Shown in pieces: positions 54,494 to 60,779 of a DNA stretch of 60,779 nt. Position 1 is the stretch's first letter, and each line of letters starts with the position of its first letter. The DNA comes from a virus. The notes under the pieces are model-generated. The model saw only the letters and a program-made list of their open reading frames with translations. It searched no databases and was not told the DNA's origin. The stretch lies in the IMG/VR virus record IMGVR_UViG_3300045988_033451; one strand, given 5' to 3'. Position numbers and translations under genes: made by a program.

Positions 54494-54724
54494 TTATTCT
54501 CTGTAGCCGTCATATATTTCAATAAACGGTTCTTTCGTTCCGATGAAATCTTCTCCGACAACAATTTCGCCTGAAAGTTTTGCAAGTTCCATAAGTTCTT
54601 CTGCGCTTTCAACATCGACATAAGCATCTCCATCCACAATTTCAACTTTATCCTTTAACTGTGGATATTCTGTTAAAATAGCTTCTACATCAATAGTTAC
54701 CGTTGCTATCAATCTAAATCTCAT
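54494..54724 (-). CDS. Hypothetical protein
   Basis: ORF. Confidence 0.45.
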   Translation of the reverse strand: MRFRLIATVTIDVEAILTEYPQLKDKVEIVDGDAYVDVESAEELMELAKLSGEIVVGEDFIGTKEPFIEIYDGYRE

Positions 54725-54738
54725 TTAATACTCCTTCC

Positions 54739-55476
54739 TTAAAACGGACACTCATTCGGATTCCGAAGCAACCATTCTTTTTCCGGCTCAGCAACTTCCA
54801 CATTCACATTTGGAACAGTTTTTTTCATCTTCTCAATGAATAAATCCTTGTTGGCATTATTCTTCGATAAATGGCACATAATCACATTTTGCAAGTCCTT
54901 TGAATCGTTAGCCTTAACAAAATCACAAGCGGTATCAATGCTCATATGTCCTCTAAGTACATGGTTTGCTTTTGCCGGATTACTCATGTCAACCATGCTT
55001 TTGTCATAATTAACTCCAAGAAGTATTTGGTTGATTCCATTAAAACGCCACTTAACAAACTCACAATCTGTGATATAAAGCATCTTGCCCATCTCTGGAT
55101 GTTCAATTAAAAATCCATAGCAAGGGCACTCACTGCCATCTGAGTTAGTGTGAATCCATTTATTATCTGATGTCGTTAAATCAAATATTCTAACGGTAAA
55201 ATAAGAGTTGGATAAAAATTGATTCATAATCAAAGGTTTGTATGGTCGAAAAACAGGAATACCCATTTTAATTAAATCTTCAACAGATTTGCTGTGATCT
55301 CTGTGGTGGTGCGTAACAACGCACCCAACCACATTTTTAATATTCCAGTTCAAACCTTTTTTGATTTCGGAAATCGGAACACCACAATCAAGTATAAGTG
55401 TTTCTCCACTGCTGGAAGTTAGCAGATAGCAATTTCCGGTTGATGATGAACCTAAACATTTTAGCTTCATACTCAC
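54739..55476 (-). CDS. MBL-fold metallo-hydrolase
   Basis: VVTHHHRDH motif. Confidence 0.75.
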   Translation of the reverse strand: MSMKLKCLGSSSTGNCYLLTSSSGETLILDCGVPISEIKKGLNWNIKNVVGCVVTHHHRDHSKSVEDLIKMGIPVFRPYKPLIMNQFLSNSYFTVRIFDLTTSDNKWIHTNSDGSECPCYGFLIEHPEMGKMLYITDCEFVKWRFNGINQILLGVNYDKSMVDMSNPAKANHVLRGHMSIDTACDFVKANDSKDLQNVIMCHLSKNNANKDLFIEKMKKTVPNVNVEVAEPEKEWLLRNPNECPF

Positions 55477-55841
55477 ACCTCAATTTCATCATCCTGTGGA
55501 AACTGAAAAACAGCATTGTTGATAAAATCTACTTTTGACGGCTGATTTTCTGCTCGCACCATAATGCCACATTTCTTTAATCTTTCAAATTCCTTTGCCA
55601 CATCTTCTGAAATAGCGACATTCTGCATTACGATAGGCATACCGATATATGTCTCTCTAAGCATTTCCATAGCCTTAACCGCTTTTTCCTCGGTGGAATA
55701 TTCCGCTACAATGTCAATCTCCGTGTCTCCACATAATTGTATTTCTACGCAAGTATTCCCTTTTATGCAGCTTTCATGCAGAAAAACCAAACTGTTATCG
55801 TACGGAAAATCCATTGTTCCGTTCTGCGAAATTACTCTCAT
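55473..55841 (-). CDS. Hypothetical protein
   Basis: ORF. Confidence 0.45.
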   Translation of the reverse strand: MRVISQNGTMDFPYDNSLVFLHESCIKGNTCVEIQLCGDTEIDIVAEYSTEEKAVKAMEMLRETYIGMPIVMQNVAISEDVAKEFERLKKCGIMVRAENQPSKVDFINNAVFQFPQDDEIEV

Positions 55842-55843
55842 CC

Positions 55844-56893
55844 TTACTCTCCCTTCATAAACTCCGGCTCTGCCGATTCTTCACTCACGATTTCTGAATC
55901 TACAACATCCTCGTCAAAGTCAACGGAATTGGCGTTTTCTTCAATCTCTTTTTTTGAAATCTGATATACCTCATCCATTTCCATCTGCGCCTGTCGCGCC
56001 ATAGGATCGTAATTCTTTGGATATTTTTTCGTCGCATTGTTGCACATTTTACGGACAATCATGCTTTCCGGCGTATCAAGCCATGCACCGCTGATATATG
56101 GTCTTGCAATCTCGCATTTAAGCATTTCATCAACGGTTTTGCATGATCTAAGGGCATTAAGAATCTCTTCTTTTTTTGCCTTAATCTCCGCTTTCTGCTT
56201 TTCCGTTGCTTTATATCTGTCGGCACAAATTCCGAAAGTAACATTCATCAGGTTTTGCTTAACATGCGCCATAAGATTGATTTTTACGCTGTCTCGGTCT
56301 GCCGAAAGATATGTGATATTTCCATCATTCAACTTCACAGGATATACAACCCTTACAGCCTTATCTGACAAGAATTTTTCTTCCCATTCCGGTTCTGTAA
56401 CTGTAAGTCCTTTGTGTTTTGGTGGGATATATACATCTCCTTCCTTAATTACCCAATATGGATATACCTGTTTTACATCCTTGCCATAATTAGCAAGCAA
56501 TGAATCGTAACCGCTTCCCTCGATTCCCATTTCTACCTGTTTCTGCCATACGTCTTTGTTCGTCTGCGGGTCTATTCCGACTTTTACATTACGAATTTGA
56601 AAATAGCACTCTCTCGGATATGCGCTTGCGTTCAATTTAAGCGATGCACAACGCTTTACAATCCCTCTTAAATTGCTTGTATCAAGGGTTCCCATACCGC
56701 TAACCTTTGGGTCGTTTTTGACAAGGTTGTAAATGCTTGTCATTGCTTCCATAGCGCACTCTTTCGAGTAATCATCCATCTTCATCCCACAAGACTTATA
56801 ATCTTCGATAATCAATCCTGTCATTGCATTGCTCCACTCGCTTAACGAAGTGGTAAATTCTTTCTTCTCTGCTACCTGTGTATTCTCTGCCAT
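55844..56893 (-). CDS. RecT-like single-strand annealing protein
   Basis: Size, position beside the MBL hydrolase and ATPase, and general sequence character. Confidence 0.55.
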   Translation of the reverse strand: MAENTQVAEKKEFTTSLSEWSNAMTGLIIEDYKSCGMKMDDYSKECAMEAMTSIYNLVKNDPKVSGMGTLDTSNLRGIVKRCASLKLNASAYPRECYFQIRNVKVGIDPQTNKDVWQKQVEMGIEGSGYDSLLANYGKDVKQVYPYWVIKEGDVYIPPKHKGLTVTEPEWEEKFLSDKAVRVVYPVKLNDGNITYLSADRDSVKINLMAHVKQNLMNVTFGICADRYKATEKQKAEIKAKKEEILNALRSCKTVDEMLKCEIARPYISGAWLDTPESMIVRKMCNNATKKYPKNYDPMARQAQMEMDEVYQISKKEIEENANSVDFDEDVVDSEIVSEESAEPEFMKGE

Positions 56894-56906
56894 ATTACTT
56901 TCCCTC

Positions 56907-57359
56907 CTAATCTTCTTTTACTTCCATTGCGCACATATGCCTGCCATTTACCAAATAGCTTAAATAATCTTTCACATCATTAAAATCCTTTAATGGCTTA
57001 AATGAGATAGGGTATTTAATTCCATCTATATTCACACGCCCATTTACAAATTCGTAAATATGACCGACTTTGAATGTACAAGAATCTCCATCAACGATAA
57101 AAATCTTTCCGTTGTAATACTGCTCCTGTTCTACAAGATCAATCATTTCGTCATTACACCAATATCCATGATTCTTCACGCAATGACCGAAGCAATCATG
57201 GAATTTAGGTGATTCTTCGTCGAACTCAACCGCATAATCAAGGGCGTCCTGATCGTCCTTTTCGATGTACTCAACAGTTCCTGTTCTGCCCCAAAAATTC
57301 CGACCAAGTTCTACCGGATTTACAAGTTTCACTATGTCTCCAACCTTAAATTTACTCAT
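56907..57359 (-). CDS. Hypothetical protein
   Basis: ORF. Confidence 0.45.
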   Translation of the reverse strand: MSKFKVGDIVKLVNPVELGRNFWGRTGTVEYIEKDDQDALDYAVEFDEESPKFHDCFGHCVKNHGYWCNDEMIDLVEQEQYYNGKIFIVDGDSCTFKVGHIYEFVNGRVNIDGIKYPISFKPLKDFNDVKDYLSYLVNGRHMCAMEVKED

Positions 57360-57363
57360 ACTC

Positions 57364-59310
57364 TCATTCCTCCATATCCTTAATAATCAATTCCTTGTCG
57401 TCTGTCCGGCGAATAACAATCAACTGTGTGTCAATCTCCGGGATTCTCCATGCATCCAAGGATTCCGTATCGTCAATTATGATTGGCATTTCTACGTCAT
57501 TCTTACGCTGGAATGCACGACAAATATCAATCTCTGTAAGCAACTTTGCGCCGTGGTTCATGTTGCGGTTATATGGTTCTCCCTTATACACGAACTCACA
57601 GCACTCTTCTGTATCTCCGTTAATAAGCGGTCTGAATAACCGCACTTTGCAGAAATCCAAATACTGATTGACGCTTTCGGAAAGAATCTCATTTTTCTTT
57701 CTGTCAAGCTTCTTCAACAAATCAAGAATTGATTCCTGGTCTGCAATCTTCTGTTGTGTGTCTCTCTGCTGTTCACGAAGCTGTGATATCTGGTTGTCAA
57801 TATAATCATTGACCGATGCCTTACCAATTTTCTCCGTTACATCCAACAGATCATGTTGCAGTTTTTTAAGTTCTTCCTTTAAGGAATCGGTCAAATTTGA
57901 ACCAATCGCTTCCTTATTATAAATGGATTCTTTTTCGTCCAATTCCGACTTAACTTTCTTGTATTCAGAAGTGTTCGTAATATCAACGCAAACCGGCATC
58001 CCGTCAATTCGATTGTTCAGAGAATCATATTCAGCCTGCAAATCTAATACTCTCTTGCCCCGCTCCTGTATCTGCTTCTCTGTCTGTTCAATCTCTGCCT
58101 TGCAGCGTTCAAGTTCCGATTTCTCGAAGTTCCCACTTGCAACAATGTTGTCAAGTCTCTGTTTCTTTGTCTCTTCGTACCTCTCCCGGATTTCGTCTGC
58201 ATTTTCCAGCTCTCTATGGCAAGCCGGACAGATCGTGTCATTCTCTCCGATTGTCTCTGCGTTGGTTCGCTTCCACTCTTCGGCATATTGCTCACGAAGG
58301 GAAACATGGCGCTTAAATTCTGCTTCAAGGCTCTCTTTCATACGTAACATATCGTTTTGCAGATTCTTCAGTGCAATCAATTTCTTGTTGACATCAAACG
58401 ACTTCTGCGTAAGCTCCGATCTAGTATCATCAAGGTTCCCATTCGCCTTGTTTTGCAAGCTGGACAGTTCAAATTTAAGGTTCAAAATCTCCTGTCCTAA
58501 TGCATCATGCTCCGCCGATGCATCCTTAATTTTTCCGTTTACGGCTTCGATTTTGGATTCAATTTCCGACTTCATCGACTGCAAATGCGACACATCAACA
58601 TTCGTCTTTTGCTTCATCAATTCGTCGATGCGTGGCGCATATTCATCTGCAATCTGCCGAAGTCCTTTAGACGATGATTTTCCACGTGAACCATTCAGGG
58701 TGCGATTGCAACGCTCTTTCAGTTCCTTAATTGTTCCATCTTCAAGCATCGGAACGATAGTCGCGAACTGTTCATCTTCCTGTGCGATATCTAATGTTGA
58801 TTTAGCACCGAATGTCTTTTCAAGCACTGTTCTCTGATCTGCTGGAGACTTTTTCAATAGCGATCGAGCATTTAAGCAATACTGCAATCTATCGGCGTCA
58901 AGGAACCCATCTTCAAGGAACTCTGCATAGTCCTTAACCTTTTTCGGAACGTCATTGATGTATGAATCAGTAATGTTCCCAATAAAATCTCCATTCTTAT
59001 TGATATTCTCACGGAACACCTTTTTCAGTTCTTTCTCTGTTCCGTTTATGTCAAACGTAACAGCGCACGTTGTCTCGATTCCGAAATAATCATTCCCGGA
59101 TTCGTCATGCGGCCGGATTCCTGTAATCTCCTTGCCGTTATCATCCAGACAATTAAGCACATACTGAATTGCACGCTTAATTGTTGTCTTGCCGGATTCA
59201 TTTACGCCGAAAATTTCTGTTCTGTCGAATATGTCTGCATCAACAGTATTCGCACCGAAGAATTTACCGAAATTCTGCAAGAAAATATGCTTAATTCTTA
59301 TCTTTTTCAT
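57364..59310 (-). CDS. SMC/Rad50-like AAA ATPase
   Basis: Walker A motif GVNESGKTT, a long coiled coil with a CPAC hook-like motif, and a Walker B-like C-terminus IIIDDTESLD. Confidence 0.75.
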   Translation of the reverse strand: MKKIRIKHIFLQNFGKFFGANTVDADIFDRTEIFGVNESGKTTIKRAIQYVLNCLDDNGKEITGIRPHDESGNDYFGIETTCAVTFDINGTEKELKKVFRENINKNGDFIGNITDSYINDVPKKVKDYAEFLEDGFLDADRLQYCLNARSLLKKSPADQRTVLEKTFGAKSTLDIAQEDEQFATIVPMLEDGTIKELKERCNRTLNGSRGKSSSKGLRQIADEYAPRIDELMKQKTNVDVSHLQSMKSEIESKIEAVNGKIKDASAEHDALGQEILNLKFELSSLQNKANGNLDDTRSELTQKSFDVNKKLIALKNLQNDMLRMKESLEAEFKRHVSLREQYAEEWKRTNAETIGENDTICPACHRELENADEIRERYEETKKQRLDNIVASGNFEKSELERCKAEIEQTEKQIQERGKRVLDLQAEYDSLNNRIDGMPVCVDITNTSEYKKVKSELDEKESIYNKEAIGSNLTDSLKEELKKLQHDLLDVTEKIGKASVNDYIDNQISQLREQQRDTQQKIADQESILDLLKKLDRKKNEILSESVNQYLDFCKVRLFRPLINGDTEECCEFVYKGEPYNRNMNHGAKLLTEIDICRAFQRKNDVEMPIIIDDTESLDAWRIPEIDTQLIVIRRTDDKELIIKDMEE

Positions 59311-59650
59311 TCTTGATCTCCTTCCTCATAATTTCGTCGATTGCGCCAAACGTCAAATCGCTTGAAGCCTTATAAAACCGATCTCTGAATTTTTCATCTG
59401 TAATCGACCGTCCAAGAATCATCGACCCGATCAATCGTGTTGTAGTCTCGACATCTGCACCGCCTCTTACGGCTCCGGCATACAGTTTGAACATCGGGAA
59501 ATCCTTAAATTCTCCTGCCAAGGTGTCAACCGATGCGTCCTTCGTGTTCTCAACATACTCCGCCAATCCTTCCTCAAAAGAAACATCCTCATTCAGTTCA
59601 TCTTCTAAGTGCAGTTTGTTCAAATCGAACATATTCTTTACTTCTCCCAT
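59291..59650 (-). CDS. Hypothetical protein
   Basis: ORF with an RBS. Confidence 0.45.
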   Translation of the reverse strand: MGEVKNMFDLNKLHLEDELNEDVSFEEGLAEYVENTKDASVDTLAGEFKDFPMFKLYAGAVRGGADVETTTRLIGSMILGRSITDEKFRDRFYKASSDLTFGAIDEIMRKEIKNEKDKN

Positions 59651-59852
59651 TTCTTTTATTTCTCCCTTCCATTTTTCTATAAATTCTCATTGCCTTGTTG
59701 ATCTTTTCATAGTTCCAATATCCGTATACCGTAAGCATCATGCCGATAATTAAGATAATCTTCGGGATCGTCTGAAAATCATCCGTAATCGAATATGCGG
59801 CCGTGATTGCCATAATGCTTCCGGCTACCACATATGGATTGAATCTGCTCAT
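59598..59852 (-). CDS. Small membrane protein (2 TM)
   Basis: ATGA coupling with the upstream ORF. Confidence 0.4.
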   Translation of the reverse strand: MSRFNPYVVAGSIMAITAAYSITDDFQTIPKIILIIGMMLTVYGYWNYEKINKAMRIYRKMEGRNKRNGRSKEYVRFEQTALRR

Positions 59853-60022
59853 TTTCTCGCCCTCCGAATATAATTATCAATTGTCGCTCTTCTTCCCGTA
59901 TCCTTGTGAACTAAGAATAAATGGAACTCCGTTTCTCTCCGAACCATCCATTCATCTACGTTATAGCCTTGCGAATGAACGATTTCTTTCTGCGTTCTTG
60001 TAAGTTTCTTTGGCTGCTTCAT
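59849..60022 (-). CDS. Small conserved phage protein (57 aa)
   Basis: MKQPKKLTRTQKEIVHSQGYNVDEWMVRRETEFHLFLVHKDTGRRATI... Below the track cut-off. Confidence 0.45.
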   Translation of the reverse strand: MKQPKKLTRTQKEIVHSQGYNVDEWMVRRETEFHLFLVHKDTGRRATIDNYIRRARK

Positions 60023-60779
60023 TTATTCACACTCCTTAAATTCCCCGTCAACCAGCTTGTAAAACGTATTTTCCTTAATGCGTTCTCCGTCGACGTATTC
60101 AGTCTTTACGCACTTCGGAATCCATATATAGAATCCATTTTCGTTTTTCTCTCCTGTTTTAACCCACTCGGCAAGCGTTATCCAACTTCCGATTTTTGCT
60201 CTTGCGATAGAGTTGTAGCCAGCAGCCATAACTACTGAATTTTTTCCGATAGATGTAATCTGTGCGTAATCGCCGGAGCTTCCAATCTGTGCGGAATCGC
60301 CGGAGCTTCCAATCTTTGCGTAATAGCCGGAGCTTCCAATCTTTGCGGAATCGCCGGAGCTTCCAATCTGTGCGTAATCGCCGGAGCTTCCAATCTTTGC
60401 GGAATCGCCGGAGCTTCCAATCTGTGCGTAATAGCCGGAGCTTCCAATCTGTGCGGAATCGCCGGAGCTTCCAATCTGTGCGTAATAGCCGGAGCTTCCA
60501 ATCTGTGCGGAATCGCCGGAGCTTCCAATCTGTGCGTAATAGCCGGAGCTTCCAATCTGTGCGGAATCGCCGGAGCTTCCAATCTGTGCGTAATCGCCGG
60601 AGCTTCCAATCTGTGCGTAATAGCCGGAGCTTCCAATCTGTGCGTAATAGCCGGAGCTTCCAATCTGTGCGTAATAGCCGGAGCTTCCAATCTGTGCGTA
60701 ATAGCCGGAGCTTCCAATCTGTGCGGAATCGCCGGAGCTTCCAATCTGTGCGTAATCGCCGGAGCTTCCAATCTGTGCG
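60023..60779 (-). CDS. C-terminal part of the junction-spanning repeat protein (the unique part is 60023-60514)
   Basis: The IGSSGD(Y/S)AQ frame runs into ...ITSIGKNSVVMAAGYNSIARAKIGSWITLAEWVKTGEKNENGFYIWIPKCVKTEYVDGERIKENTFYKLVDGEFKECE*. Confidence 0.7.
   Translation of the reverse strand, partial: AQIGSSGDYAQIGSSGDSAQIGSSGYYAQIGSSGYYAQIGSSGYYAQIGSSGYYAQIGSSGDYAQIGSSGDSAQIGSSGYYAQIGSSGDSAQIGSSGYYAQIGSSGDSAQIGSSGYYAQIGSSGDSAKIGSSGDYAQIGSSGDSAKIGSSGYYAKIGSSGDSAQIGSSGDYAQITSIGKNSVVMAAGYNSIARAKIGSWITLAEWVKTGEKNENGFYIWIPKCVKTEYVDGERIKENTFYKLVDGEFKECE
60254..60779 (-). repeat. 27-bp tandem repeat, about 18.8 units in this copy. The last 265 bp duplicate 1-265.
   Basis: Full units start at 60272. 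Three units carry CTTTGCG variants (60300-60410). Confidence 0.9.

Noticed and set aside
60232-60771. Track ORF (179 aa, EAPAITHRL repeats) on the minus strand
   Set aside because: It is the wrong frame of the same repeat. It has no flanking domains and ends as soon as the repeat ends, whereas the neighbouring frame continues into the conserved ...KIGSWITLAEW... C-terminus.
60254-60779. CRISPR array interpretation of the 27-bp periodic repeat
   Set aside because: There are no spacers, because the units are contiguous. The array is an in-frame coding repeat, and no cas genes are present.

Overview
This window looks like a complete temperate siphovirus genome from a low-GC Firmicute, probably Clostridia-like. 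Host clues are ChW cell-wall-binding repeats, XhlA/holin-type lysis genes, and Bacillus/Clostridium-like tRNA-Gln and tRNA-Ser. By manual comparison, bases 1-265 are identical to 60515-60779. The molecule is therefore circular or terminally redundant, with about 60,514 bp of non-redundant sequence, and one gene reads across the window junction. Nearly all genes lie on the minus strand.

Modules in window order:
- Immunity switch at 0.6-2.9 kb: two divergent XRE regulators with TTAAGGAAA operators, an antirepressor, and a Zn-ribbon membrane protein.
- CHAP+ChW endolysin at 3.2-4.2 kb.
- Tail module at 4.3-16.7 kb: tail fibre, Tal-like protein with an S74 chaperone domain, 1492-aa tape measure, chaperones, and major tail protein.
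- Head and packaging module at 16.7-24.7 kb: connector genes, major capsid, scaffold, portal and terL. An XhlA/holin pair is embedded in it.
- Accessory island at 24.8-31.2 kb between terL and a terS-like gene. It holds a cluster of tRNA and tRNA-like genes and a small serine recombinase divergent from an RHH gene.
- RHH-controlled divergent early region at 31.7-35.3 kb. Its plus-strand operon of tiny ORFs has a structured RNA after every stop codon, including two hammerhead-ribozyme matches.
- ORF-poor GC-rich region at 35.3-35.9 kb.
- Cargo module next to attP at 35.9-39.6 kb.
- Tyrosine integrase with a tRNA-3'-end-like attP core at 39.9-41.2 kb.
- Replication, recombination and DNA-modification module at 42-60 kb: DnaC-like loader, DnaD-like initiator, MazG, split C5-methyltransferase, PAPS-reductase-like gene, SSB, RecT, MBL-fold hydrolase and an SMC-like ATPase.

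Most notable observations:
1. A silent, in-frame alternative tail-fibre C-terminus is bounded by a 15-bp inverted repeat, arranged like the Mu G segment.
2. Two type-II hammerhead motifs and three paralogous T-arm/acceptor-like minihelices punctuate an operon of small ORFs.
3. Non-triplet simple-sequence repeats sit inside two DNA-modification genes: (CTCTG)~15 in the methyltransferase and (CTGT)14 in the PAPS-reductase-like gene. The second gene is currently out of frame.
4. A 27-bp x19 coding repeat spans the genome junction.
5. tRNA-like genes with abnormal anticodon arms sit beside canonical tRNAs.

All calls come from reading the sequence and recalling protein families. No searches were run.
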